Below are positions 25,505 to 38,340 of a stretch of DNA of 64,000 nt, piece after piece. The notes below the pieces were generated by a model. It was not told the DNA's origin, ran no database searches, and saw only the letters and a program-made list of their open reading frames with translations. The stretch's first letter is position 1; each line of letters opens with the position of its first letter. The stretch comes from Geosiphon pyriformis uo1 (lineage: Eukaryota; Fungi; Glomeromycota), in the NCBI GenBank assembly GCA_016748015.1, contig JAAOMT010000543.1, forward strand, positions 248,001 through 312,000, written 5' to 3'. Position numbers and translations under genes: made by a program.

Positions 25505-27317
25505 TCATGTCGAAGGCTGTTTCAATGGTTTAACAGCCTGAACTATTACCTCTTTATCGTTCCTTTGTTTAACTAATACCTTATTGATCAAATTCTTTCC
25601 TACCTTTCCCTTAAATTCATATGGCAACAGTGGATGGTCTCGAATAAAGACCCCTTCACCATTAGGCGAGTACACCCTTAATTCTGCATTATTAAAATAT
25701 CCGCTAATCGAGGCCCATCCCACACCTGAGAAGACGATATCTTTAACCGCAATGCCACCATGCATCCCTTTCACAAAAACAGATTTTTTCGCTACAATAA
25801 TAGGAGGGAAAGATATGATACGCGTAGGTGGACCTATTGGCGGAACAATAACATCTTGTTGCCAACCATCCTGTAGGTTTTGACAGAACTGATTGGCACG
25901 CTCGATGTTGGTAATGTGTATGGGTATTTTGCTGAAGATGGTAAAGATAATTGGTTCATCCCCTCGTAAGAAATCGATGCGTCCAAGACCACCAAAAAAT
26001 ATCGATTTTCCTGATTCAAAGAACGCCCAATTTTAATCCTAATCAGTAAAATTGGCATCAAGATATCCCAAGAATATTTTACATACCAGGTATGATACGA
26101 TAACTTAGTGGTCTAACGGAGGATGTTGGAATGGTGAGTTGTAATTCTTCATGTGTTAATAATCTTAACAAATGTGAACGGTTCACAATCCCCGGTGTAT
26201 CATATAAATAATGATAATCATCCAAATGAACTCTCCCAGGTATACTGCCACCAAAAGTTCCTTCAAAAATCGATAAAGGTAAACCAAGCATTCCGATGGT
26301 AGTACCTGGTACCAATGAAGCTGTCACTTTGTATTGCCAACCACCCCTTGCACTTGTCCTTAAGAAGCTATTCATCAATTCTGATTTCCCGACATTTGTA
26401 CAACCAACTAGATAAATGTCATCCTTTATACCCCGCATTTGAGCAATCCGAGCAACTAATTCTTTCACTCCATGATCCTTCTTCGCACTGACCAAATGAA
26501 CTTTCTTTAAATTGTGAAGTCCATATCTCTTGGCATTCTCATATACCCATTTCTGAATACGATCATAATGAATATCTTTTGGTAATAAATCAATTTTATT
26601 AGCCACTAAAATATGTTTTGTTCTTTCCCCGATCAATCTCTCCAAACTATTTAAAAGACTACCCGGAAAATCAAATATATCGACCACCGTAATTACAATC
26701 GAGTTTTGTTTCTTTGAAAGGAATTTTAGGAATGAAGTGTCCGAATAATCTTCTTGCCAATCTGAAGTTGGCAAACGGTTTTGATGCATCAAGTCATAAC
26801 ATCTTTTGCAGAAAATTCGGTTATTTTGGGTTTTCTTTTTTGAAATGGTAAAATCTTCATATCGTTCAAATTCTTTATTATAGCTAAGTGGGTAAAGAAG
26901 CTTTCGTGTTTCTTCGTCTAATTTGCTGACTACATAATCGAATTGGTCCTGATCTTTCCTTCTTGGTACAGGGGCTTTCTTTTCTGGTTGTAATGAGCTA
27001 ATTGTAGTAACGAGAAATCCAGGTTTTTTTTCATCTTCTAATTGAAATATTGCCCCGCATCCTGGACATTGATTTCCTATTTCTGGTGATAGATGATCAA
27101 TATTTGGATATCCAAGAACCGAATTTGACTTAAATCCGGCTATCTTTAGAGAAATGTTACTTATGACTGGACTTATCCTTTTAGCCAAAATTTGGGTGGT
27201 AATTAGAGCCCTTTTTTGTTGTGTTCGATGGAGGGTTGGCCAAATTTTATCCGAACTTGACTTGTATATGTTCCAGAGAATTATGCCTGATCTTGACGGC
27301 AACTTTTTAAATATCAT
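25505..27317 (-). CDS. GEP3: Mitochondrial circularly permuted YqeH/NOA1-family GTPase (Gep3/Mtg3), ~578 aa. Exons 27317-26087 and 26010-25505
   Basis: CPGCG...PGF and CKRCY zinc motif; G4 NKID, G5 VSAK, G1 GCTNVGKS, G2 PGTT and G3 DTPG in permuted order. A GTATGT..CAG intron joins to GKSIFFGGLGRID...DIVFSGVGWASI. The N-terminus is basic and presequence-like. Confidence 0.92.
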
Positions 27318-27855
27318 GATCTTCAGTGGATTGATTTGTTGCTCTAACTATTGATGAAAATTCGGTTGCCAGCTTAGTTCTCTGATTTATATTAGGGAAT
27401 ATCATTGATCACTCGATGATCAGACAATTTGATTGATACACTACAAATAATAATATGGATTAGATAAAAGATTTGTAAATAATAGGATAATTAATAAAAA
27501 GAGTTAGTTTCAAAGTTTTGAAGGTAAAAAAATTGTCTATGAAAATAAATTATAAAATTACTTCTGGCTTGATAGTAAGTGAGAAAATTTAAGAGATACT
27601 GTCTATGATCTCTTTTTCATTAAATCCTAAATCTGATTTTTTGATCAGTTTATCGCTTTCGAATCAATTAAATGTAACGCTAATTTGCAGATTAAAAGTT
27701 GATTAAAATATTCCACAATAATCTATCAATAGCAATGATTCACTAATTTTTACAATATTAATTACTCGCAAATTTGATTCTATATAAAAAAAATAAAAAA
27801 ACTCATCATCCCTGCTATTCTTTTAAAAAACTTTTCTTTAACCATTATCAAAAGC

Positions 27856-28218
27856 TTAATAAATGTTTTCCAACTCATCTTTATTGGTTATTTCTAATAA
27901 AAGCTTTTTTTGAAGCTGAGTGCAAGTTTTTATTGCAGCTTCAATTTTCTCTTCAATGTATTTTTTTTCTTTTTCTAATTCTTCCACGCTTTCTTCAAGC
28001 ATTTTCATTTTTATGGCTTGGCGCATTCGATGTCTTTGCTGAGATTGACGATTCAATTCCTTTTTGTAAAATTCCTTATAAATAGCCAAGGGAAAAGTTT
28101 TTTCTTGTTCAAACTCAGCAGGTGATTTCATTGGAAGAATATAGAATGGCAAAGAAGTTTGTTGTATATAATTATTTTTGTCATTGTTTTGAATTTGTTC
28201 TGGAAGAAAAGAATTCAT
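27856..28218 (-). CDS. Small bZIP-like protein (120 aa)
   Basis: Basic region KKELNRQSQQRHRMRQ followed by heptad zipper LEESVEELEKEKKYIEEKIEAA...LQKKL, fitting NRxxQxxxRxR...LE..V..LE. Confidence 0.6.
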   Translation of the reverse strand: MNSFLPEQIQNNDKNNYIQQTSLPFYILPMKSPAEFEQEKTFPLAIYKEFYKKELNRQSQQRHRMRQAIKMKMLEESVEELEKEKKYIEEKIEAAIKTCTQLQKKLLLEITNKDELENIY

Positions 28219-28372
28219 CTTTTATAAACTTCTTTTATAAAATAATTTTTTAAAAATATTGATAGAAATAAAATAAATAATTTTTAACAGAATATATACA
28301 TTTTCATAAGTCAATAAACTAAAGTTTTATAAATTTATTTTTTAATTATATATATGAGAAAATATTTTTTTC

Positions 28373-28979
28373 TTTTGTTTTAATTTTATATATATTACAA
28401 ATAATATATATTATAAGATGATGATAAAATTTAATATATCAATATTTTTATATATTAAAAATATAATTATATATGATATGTTTTGATTAAAATAAAAAAT
28501 ATATATTTATATTTAAATAACTATTGTTTAAATATGAAATCAAAAAAAAATTTTGAAAAAATTTCAATAAAAATTATAACACAAATATTAAATTTCATAA
28601 TTATTTTTCATTTAAAAAATTAAGAATTCGAAAATAAATCATTGATAAAGTATGATAAAATAATTTATCATTATTTTGTTTTAATTTTATATATATTACA
28701 AATAATATATATTATAAGATGATGATAAAATTTAATATATCAATATTTTTATATATTAAAAATATAATTATATATGATATGTTTTGATTAAAATAAAGAA
28801 ATATATTTATATTTAAATAACTATTGTTTAAATATAAAATCAAAAATAATTTTGAAAAATTTCAATAAAAGTTATAACACAAATATTAAATTTCATAATT
28901 ATTTTTTTCATCAAAAAAAAATATAATTTTGGGAGTTGAAATATCAATAAAAAAAATGATAAAATAATTTATTATTATT
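28373..28979 (+). repeat. Tandem duplication, two ~300-bp AT-rich units
   Basis: TTTTGTTTTAATTTTATATATATTACAAATAATATATATTATAAGATGATGAT... starts at 28373 and again at 28674. The units are near-identical for ~235 bp, then more diverged. Confidence 0.9.
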
Positions 28980-30348
28980 CAAAAAAGTGTAAAAAAAAAA
29001 GATTATGACTTTTTAAATTCAAAATAATTTTTATTTCAAAAACTTTTAATGATATTAACTTTTATTTATAATAATAAAATGGTATTACAAAAATTTTGAT
29101 ATATACAATATATTTTTGTTGTAAGAGCTTGATGATGACAAAGATATTTAATTTTTGAAAAGAAAATTTTTTTATAATATTAAAAATTAAATTCAACTTT
29201 TTTTTAATAAACTTACAATTTTTAATACAAAATTTAATTTAAAATTAATCATTTTAATTATTAAAAAAATTAAAAAAAATTTTGTATAGTTTTTTAATAA
29301 CTTAATTTGTTTAATAAAATTTTAATTATATGAATTTTAATTTTAAAATCAGAAAAATATCTTTAACTTATTGCCATCAACAGATTTATCTATTATTTAG
29401 AATTATTTATGAATGAAAAAAATCTTAATCTGACAATTTTTACATTTAATATTAAATATTTGGCACATTTAAAAATTTATCGATTTAAATTAATATATAA
29501 AAGGTTTAATAATATGAATATTTTTACAAGATAAAAAATTAATCAATAATTTTTATAAAAAGGTAATATTAAAACCCAGAATTATATAATTTTTTTCTCA
29601 TTGATTTATAGAGTTGAATCTTTTAATTATTTAAAATGTATTTATAATTAAATTTTTATTATGTGTCCTTATTTTTCATGTTAAAAATATTGACAATTTT
29701 ATTATTGTTTAACTTTTTTTTTTTAATTATATTATTAATTATATTATATTAGCTTTATTTGTTGTTTAATCGATCTTATTATTTTTAAGTTTAATTTTTA
29801 TTTTTAATAAAATTTGTTATAATTAACTTTACTTAATTCTTTTTCTTATACATTATATATATATTTTTATATTGAAAATTTGCAAGGTAAAAAACTAAAA
29901 CGAAAAAAAAGATCAAATATAATTATTTGTTGAAACTAATAATAAATACAATTCAAGTCTAAAAATCTTTTTTTAGGTTCAAAAAAGCAAATTGTAAAAA
30001 AATATATACGTAGTAAAATAAAAATTTGAATTATCTTTAGTTGTTGACTGACGTGTTTGTTTGATTCTAATTTTCTAAAGTGAAAAATGATCTCAGCCTA
30101 GGGGTTTCAAACAGATAGGTTTATTTTGAATTTATAATTAATTAGCAAGTTAATTAGGTAGATCTTTGACCATACGTATTACGTAAAATATAAATATCAC
30201 GCAAAGTATCTGTATCTACAGAACAAAATCTTGGCACCATAGTCTTCTAGCACATCTGCAAATTAAAAAACAACATTATGAATGAACCAAAGAAAAAAAA
30301 TATTCTTAAATTGGATTTAGAAGATTTTGAGAAAATTTAAATTCTTAG

Positions 30349-30461
30349 TAGAGAAAATATACAGATTCTCGTCTAAAAGCTTATGTTTCTCACCAATATT
30401 TTTTTAGAGCGAGAAAGCGAGAGAGAGAGAGAGGAGAGAGAGAGAGAGTATATTTTCTCTA
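30349..30461. repeat. 113-bp foldback/MITE-like element containing a (GA)n tract
   Basis: Perfect 14-bp inverted repeat TAGAGAAAATATAC (30349-30362) / GTATATTTTCTCTA (30448-30461), plus inner TTCTCGTCTAAAA / TTTTAGAGCGAGAA. Confidence 0.7.
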
Positions 30462-32086
30462 AAAGATTGAAGCAATATAATTACTATATATTTTATAAAA
30501 TGGATTTAAAGCGTCTATAGCCTCCATTTAAAACTTTTTACTCTTCTTTTTTGAAATGTTCCTATTTCAGAATTCGATATATTAGTGGACTACATAAAAA
30601 AGTTCTAATTTTTCAAGCTTCACATTTCTTAATCAAATCAGTTTTAAATAATGATATCAATTCTAATTTTTCGGAAATTATTAAAAAGTAAAAAGATAAA
30701 ACAACATGGAATTTTTTTTTAGAGAATCTCGTCTATAAAACGAAGTCGGTTAAAATGCACAGAGTTTATCCCTGAATTAATTTCGAAATGAAAAAAAAAC
30801 AAAAACAAAAACAAAAAAACATTTACAAACATTAATGAAAACATAGCCACATTGTCTCTATTAAGGAACTAAGTTTTTTTTTTTTTTTGTGAACTGCCTC
30901 TAATCATTACCCCCCGGCTCTAAATGCTTTCAAGCATTAAAACAATAGAAAATCTAACGCTTTTTAATTTACAATTTTTGTTCAAAAAGAAGTTTCAAAG
31001 TTTTTGTTATCTAATACTTGATTGAAATGGCAATTTTCAACAATGGGAAAAATTTTTTGATCGATATTCGAATTTGTATCTTCATCTAAAATATATAAAT
31101 TATACCTTTATTCATTAAAAATCTTTTTTACACACTTCATTTTTCTAATAACTGGAATAATTTATATTTATCAAATATTTTGGAAATCATTACTGAATTA
31201 TTGTTTATTGTTAAAAAGCGTTATCAATATTTAGTTTACGTTAGGTAGAATAGAAAAAATAAAAATTTATAATTTCTATCCAATAATGTCAAATTATTGG
31301 ATTAAGTATGGTAAAGACATTTTTATAATCATAATTAGTGAGATGGGAAATTCCCTTTATCAAAAAAGTCCCAAAAAATTTGTACAACTTATCTCATTAA
31401 TTAAATAATATACTAGAATGCCAAGCGTTTTTATATTCCTAAAAGACTGAGTAACTCCTCTTAAATAAATAGTTTGAACTTTCAAAGGTTTTGTTACGTA
31501 GATTGGTCCCACTACTCCATTGTGAGACGAAACTAGCTTGGGATATTTTTTTTTTCTGATCTTATACACAATAATGTTTATCATTTTTGACGAAAAATGA
31601 CCTCCCCAACCATAGATTGGGGAAAAGTGATTTCATAGTAGTAAGCTTTTTAATCAACAGTTTATCATCAAAACATGAGATAATATATTTCAAAACCTGT
31701 AGGAGTCCTAACGCCATCAATAATGTCAAAGGAATTTCTAAATAGTAAAAAATTAGTTCAAAAAAGAAATTATTATTTATCATGGTGCTGCTTGCCTCTT
31801 AGTTAACTTAGATACGCATATCCCCGGCACTAGAGGAGCATCGGCGTTTTCATTGTTGACATACAATTCGGAATATCTTTTATCATTATCGGCCCACAAG
31901 TTGTAATGAAAAGTGAGATCCTCATGTATTGGGGGTAAACAATAGAGCTCCATAATTTCATGGATATTTATTTTTTGGGAAATGGTTGATATAAATACTT
32001 GTGGCTTTCACCTTATGAAGTGAGTTTCTTGATAATTAATCTTGACTTTGTGAACAATTGCCGCTGTTTTTAATACAATAATTAAC

Positions 32087-32092
32087 CATCAC

Positions 32093-32142
<50 letters not shown>

Positions 32143-32143
32143 C
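32087..32143. repeat. (CAT)n microsatellite in the putative 5' UTR
   Basis: About 18 CAT/CAC units; a further ACC-rich tract with a 27-bp tandem duplication lies at 32268-32321. Confidence 0.95.
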
Positions 32144-32361
32144 TACCACGCTTTTCATAAAATTTCCAAAATTATTTTCTTTTTTGTCGATAGCACAAAT
32201 CCCGGACATCTAACAAAAAGAAAATCGATTTTATTATCAACACCAACACCACCAACACCACCACCATCACTAACACTACCATTACCACCAACACCACTAA
32301 CACTACCATTACCACCAACACCAATACCATCAAAAACGTAGAGTGTGGTTACATTAACAAA

Positions 32362-32883
32362 ATGAATACATGGCCGACAAGCGATAAATTACAAATTTCT
32401 AAAGTTAAAAAAAGTATTCAAAATTTTCGACGAACAACGAAAATGTTTAATGCTTTACGACATGCGAAAGGGGGTGTGGAATTCCTTAATCCACCACCAC
32501 CACCACCAACAGCACAAAGGAATATTAATCGAAGCTTTTTCAAGACAAATAGTTCGAGTACAAAAAGTTCATCAAATTCGTCACTTTCTTCTGGAGCTGG
32601 AAATGTTGGCTTGCCACCTTTTACACGTCATGCATCATATAGTCTACCACCACTGAACACTTTGGAAATATTTTATCATGGATATCCAAAAAATAAATTG
32701 ATTATTGAGGCTGCAACGGTTGTCTTAAGGATAGAAGCTGGTGAATGGGTGACAGAAGAGGAGCGGTATGCGATAAGAGCTAAATTAGGATCAGTTATTT
32801 GTCGAGTTTTTCAACCTGGAACACCGGAATTTTTGAGTTGGCAAGCGTTATTAGACCTTTGGAAACGTATACCGGATTCATAG
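32362..32883 (+). CDS. Hypothetical protein (173 aa): low-complexity Pro/Ser N-half and a compact helical C-terminal domain
   Basis: AAAATG start, GC-richer than its flanks, an upstream TATAAATA (~31991) and a natural-looking C-terminus LEIFYHGYPKNKLIIEAATVVLRIEAGEW...WQALLDLWKRIPDS. Confidence 0.7.
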   Translation: MNTWPTSDKLQISKVKKSIQNFRRTTKMFNALRHAKGGVEFLNPPPPPPTAQRNINRSFFKTNSSSTKSSSNSSLSSGAGNVGLPPFTRHASYSLPPLNTLEIFYHGYPKNKLIIEAATVVLRIEAGEWVTEEERYAIRAKLGSVICRVFQPGTPEFLSWQALLDLWKRIPDS

Positions 32884-33504
32884 AAATAATTCGATTAAAG
32901 GAAAGAGAAAGAATCTGATAATGAAAATTACGTAAAAAAAAAAAAGCCACAAACATAACTTCTGTATAACAGATTTTCAATGTAAAAAAATTCCACATAA
33001 ACAAATGTATATTATAACACTTAATTTTGTTGCATTTTTTAATTTTATTTTTTTAATTTATTTTTTAAATGATGTAAAGAGTAAAAGTATTTATTTAACA
33101 CTACTTCTTAATCAATAATTATTATTAGAGCACAAAGATTAATAACTTGAGAGATAGTAAACGTTTCAAAATTAAAAAATGAAATGAATGACTCTAAAAT
33201 ATTTTGTAAAAATAAATAATTTCTATTATTATTATTTATTTTAATTTCAAAGTTTTAAAATTAATAATAACAAAAAAGACAGAAATAACTCATTTGAGAT
33301 CATTTTGGCGGGTTAGAACTTAAAAATTCTTTTTGTAGATGAAGGAAATTTAAACTCTAACCTTTTATGAATCTGTAAAAAGACTATGGTTATTTTTCCC
33401 ACAGCTCTTTCTTTCTTTCTTTCTTTTTTTCTTTCCTTCCTTCCTTTTTTGTCGGTTTGCTTAGTGATATTCAAAAAACTTTTATAACTCGTGATATCAT
33501 GAAA

Positions 33505-33542
<38 letters not shown>

Positions 33543-35689
33543 CAATCGTATAATCTTCAAATGGTATAACAAAAGAAGCTTAATATTTATTGCACTCGTT
33601 CCCTTTGAATAAAGTTAGGTAGCATTGAGAGTATGTGAAATGGGAATCTTGAAAAGAACTGATGACAACTTTCTGTCATTTCCAATGACATTTGAGACAT
33701 TGAGCGAAATTTTCCTCGATGTTGAAAAATTCTCCTGGTATAAAAGTAGACTAGAGCATTAAATTATTAACAAAAAAAAATTTTACCCAAAAGAAATTGG
33801 AGGACATTTTTTGATTGCATCTATAATGACAGTAAAACATAATTTATCTGGTTTTTTTATATATCTTTACACTTTAATAAAATATTAAGTTATAAATGAA
33901 ATTTTTATAGATATTACATAATAATTAGAATCATTTTTGCTTTATCATTTAATACAAAAATTATAAAAGTATTAAATGTTAAAACTATAATATTATTAAA
34001 GATTTTAGTCAATATTTAACCAGAATAATGGGTGAATATTAAACGAGTTCAAGAATGATCAAACAAAAAATTCGTCATTAGTTCGGCAATTTTCCATGGT
34101 AAATTCCTTAACAATAACACAAAATGTCACCCAACAAAAAATTCCCAATGTTGGTTTATTTGTAGAAAGTCATGTATAATGACTGAATTAGTAAGAATTA
34201 CACAAAACATAAGATGTTTCCCAAGTTAAATCTTACAAAATTAAGTATTTAATATAAGTTTACCAATTAGATAATTCTAAGCGTCATTAAATAAAAGACA
34301 GTTAAAATTTAGAAAAATTAAGTTTCTATCGATTTCCCCAATGACAATAAAATTTTTGGAATCTGATCAATCGTTTATCTCACAAATTTATTTATTTTGT
34401 ATTATAATTTGTACAAAATAAATATTGACAAATATTAATATTAAATCTATCCAAACGCATATCAATCATTAAAAATAATTTTCTCCAAATTATTAATTGA
34501 TTACTCATTTCTACGTCTCGTGATAGCCGAAATCGTCTATATTTCTAAATATTTGGTAAACATGTTTGTTCGAAAAATGAAAAATATCATGAAACAGGTC
34601 GTTGAAATTCATAAACTCAAACTACATTTATCCAGCCAATGATATTTATGGAAAATGGCAATCACAAATAACACGTCAATATTGGGAACTTTGTACTACG
34701 AAAAAGATTTAAAAAAATAAAATGTTTGGTCAGGAAAGAATTTACGAAATTAATTCTCTATCATTGGTTCCAAAAGTTTTTTTTTTTTTTACTTTGTACC
34801 CAAATAAAGAACTATTACAATTATGTGATTCCTATTTTTGAACTCAATTCCTTTTATCACGTATTTTATCTTCTAATCCTTTTAACGAGGATGTTTGTTA
34901 CATAGGATATATTGATAGCTTTTTAAAGTATTTTTTACTATCCATTACTATCAAATATCCTTTCAAGATTATTTATAAAATTTTAATTAATTAATTAATT
35001 TTCCTTATGATCAATCAATATTATTTTCCAATTAATCATTCTCCTAATTAATCATGCTTATAATTAATTATCCATCAAATAATTAATATTATTTTTACAG
35101 TTAACTATATATATATATAACCGTTTTTTTCAATAAAAAAAACTTAATTTCTTCAATATTAACTTTCAAAATTTATCAATATATCTTAATAAAAATTTAT
35201 ATTTTATGAAAAATGTAAAAATAAAATTAATTATATAAAGTATTTTAATTATTTCAAACATTTTATTAAAATTTTAATTTCAAATTTATTTTTTTTGTCA
35301 ACAAAATTATTTAGGTCAAATAAAAAAATTAAAAAAATAATCAAAATAACATTTGAAAATTTATAATATTAATAAAAAAAATATATAAAAAATAGTTATT
35401 GAAAATAATCTTGAAATATATTTTATTTTTTAAATGATCAATTTAGAAAATAAATTAAAAAACTTTTGTTTTAAAATTAATTGATCTTTAACTTTCTTGA
35501 AAAATTTTATGTTTGTTTTAATATTAATGGAACTCAAAGTTCTAAATGGTGCATTATCAATATTGCTTTTAAATTGGATTTACCTTTAGTGTTATTTGAC
35601 AAAAAACCTTGAAGAATAAGTGAGGCCCAGTCATATATTCATTTATACTTAATATGATATTTTTATCTTGATAAAACACCAACTATATT

Positions 35690-37150
35690 ATGAATACTCG
35701 GAAAAAAACTGACTACCTTAACACGACTGACACACGTGAATGGTTTTTTAATCGGATTTCTGAAATGGAGGTCATACAATTCCCGGATTTCTCAAACAAG
35801 AAGTAGAAGACGGTATCTTTTATTCCCTCGCTAAAACAATTATTGATGTCGGTGAAAAAAATTCATTAGCTATGAAAGGCAATATCCAATTTGAGAGTTA
35901 GCATTCCTCCCTTTATTTTCTTTTTCTGTATAAGTCTGTTGACAGGCCAAAAGGTCTAAAATTTAAATCATTGCTAAGATACACTAGTCAACCTTTGAGT
36001 TGTACAATTTTAACTTTTGTGTTGACTGCTGTCTCTCAACTGTACTTGTAGCATTTATTATTGTTACTGTGGTTTCTAATACCAATAATGCTCTACTTCG
36101 GAATACGAAAAAGATTTAGTGGAAGTGAGAAAATTTTGGAATAACCGACATAAGATGAAACTGAAAGAGAAAAATTTTCAAAGTTCACCAAGGATGAAGG
36201 GTCTTCCTATGTAAATTTCCATTACTTTGCCATAATAAATAATTAATGAGGATTAGAACTTGAAGTTACTTTCCTTCCTCATTGGAATCATCCAAATGCC
36301 TGAGCTTACTTTTATTTTATTTTTAAAAGTAGGATTATGTGCTCAATTGAGATCAGGAACTAAGTGCACACGTCAGGGTAGTCAGGAGCAAAATACGTCG
36401 ACTACTTGCACGCAGTGATCAAGCAGACTCAATAAAGCTAAAAAGATATGTGAGTATCCACTTTCGTTTATATGCATCTTGATTGATTATTCAATGTAGG
36501 AAGCGCTGCCTATGAATTACGATAGTGATAAAGAGACTGTGACAGAGGAGGCAGCGATGGATATGGGATTGATCGAGAGTGTGGGTATGTTAAATTGTTT
36601 CAAATTTTGCTACATCCTTTTTACTCACCTCAAATTCATCTCATATAAAGAGGGAAAACCTCAAAAATGTCACTCCAAACCCATTCCTTGAGGGAGAATT
36701 AGCACCGAATCTTGCGAGTGATTCTTTTTGGAATTCGGAGATTGGGCTGGAGAATTGAAAAAGCAGGACGAAGCTGTATTGATTCGTTGTTCCAGGAGAG
36801 ATGAAGACAGTTTTACTGGAGGACGCAAGCTAGGTACTTTCCGAGATTTATTTAAATTCACACCTTATTTGTTACAACTTGAATTAATCTTTTCTATTGG
36901 TATAATGGTTTATAAATGAAGTAAAGGTATCAGCAATTTTTTATGAATATCATAGATTATCGATTAAGAAGACACCGACTGACTCAATCGAGAGGACTGT
37001 TATTGGCACTCTTGTTTGAATGATTTCGAGACTCAGAAAATTATGACCACATGATTAAACAACAAACTTTGGGCTAATATTTTTGATCAAGTGCCTCAGG
37101 AAGGAGTTACCAAATAATTTTCTGTTGAATACCAATGAAATTGCCAAAGT
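35690..37150 (+). pseudogene. Degraded multi-exon gene relic of unknown family
   Basis: N-terminal DYLNTTDTREW.LIGFLKWRS..FPDFSNKK fragment and several GC-richer exon-like patches bounded by GT/AG (36340-36450, 36500-36585, 36650-36832, 36956-37148), with many stops. Confidence 0.4.
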
Positions 37151-37703
37151 AAGTTTTCGCTGCTGTATTAGCGCTACTAATTAGCTGTAGACCATTCATG
37201 ATAAGTTTTTTTCTAATTAAACCTTAAAATTTTAATCTAGGTCTTTTTTTGTCTAACATTTAATTTAATTTCACCCTTTGAAAAAAAAGTTTATTTTATT
37301 TCAGGCAAAGAAAAGTTCACAACTTTTGGGTCTTGCATAAAATTCAATTTAGCCTAAAATTGGTCTTAGCAGGTTGTAATATTTCAATATATGATACTCC
37401 TTTTGATGAACATAATAATTTCGTTTATCTGTGCAGCTTTTTCGTAATAACCACAGCCAGCACGATAATGAAAGTAATATCCTTATAGTCGAAATTATGC
37501 ATCTTTTGATTAATTTAGTGATTAATTTAATACCAGATATTAACGAAAATTTCCATTTCTCTTGTAATTATAATCATTAAAATCTATATGGTTGAAAGTT
37601 ATGTATGAAATGCATATCAAAAATTGAGATTAGATGTACAGCGTCATAATAAAACTGTATTTCATAGGTTACATGACGAAAATTTTTTTTAATCGGATAC
37701 TTC

Positions 37704-37710
37704 TATAAAT
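37704..37710 (+). promoter_or_regulatory. Candidate TATA box of the secreted-protein gene
   Basis: TATAAAT followed by a CT-rich tract, ~180 bp upstream of ATG 37885. Confidence 0.45.
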
Positions 37711-37884
37711 TCAGCGAGTTTTCAACCTCTTTGCAAATCTATATCCTCATCTCATTCTCTCTCCCTCTTTAAACATCTTTCTAATCCTCTTTAAAAAAAT
37801 CCCGTTGATCGGTGAATCTTATACATTCATTAAACTTTAATACACTTATAATTCCCTACTTAACCGTTATCTGCACTAAAAAAA

Positions 37885-38340
37885 ATGAAGACTAGCCTTA
37901 TCTCCGCTCTTTTCTTGCTCGCTACCGCTTCGTTGGCTATTGCAGCACCAGTTGAAAGTGAAAACTCTAATAACCCAGGTCTTCATTTAGCTAAAGGTCA
38001 TGGAAAGAAAAATCATGATAATAACGGCCTTGCTCTCGGTCACAAAAAATCTCACAGTCAAGGGAAAACCAACACCACTCCAACCACAACTCTAACTCCA
38101 ACTCCAAACAATACCAATACCAATATCAATACCACTACCACTACCACAATTCCTCAGAAACGTGGGTATGGTCAAGCTAATGGGATTGTAAAGGGTCATG
38201 GAAAAGCCGTTGGTATTAAAAATGGAACTGCTGATCCTGAAGGATTATCTGACGAAGCCAAAGAAGCCTTGGGTATTACCACAACTGCAGCTATAATTTC
38301 TTCTCCTACTTCTTCTTCAACTTCTTCTCCAACTATTTAA
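37885..38340 (+). CDS. Small secreted, cysteine-free protein (151 aa) with Gly/His/Lys motifs, a Thr-rich linker and a KR site
   Basis: Classical signal peptide MKTSLISALFLLATASLAIAA-P, an AAAAATG context, a single exon and coding-like composition. Confidence 0.88.
   Translation: MKTSLISALFLLATASLAIAAPVESENSNNPGLHLAKGHGKKNHDNNGLALGHKKSHSQGKTNTTPTTTLTPTPNNTNTNINTTTTTTIPQKRGYGQANGIVKGHGKAVGIKNGTADPEGLSDEAKEALGITTTAAIISSPTSSSTSSPTI

Noticed and set aside
33657-33720. CTGATGA...CGAAA hammerhead-like core (also CTGATAA..CGAAA at ~12647)
   Set aside because: No stem II closing pair and no stems I/III or cleavage triplet can be formed.
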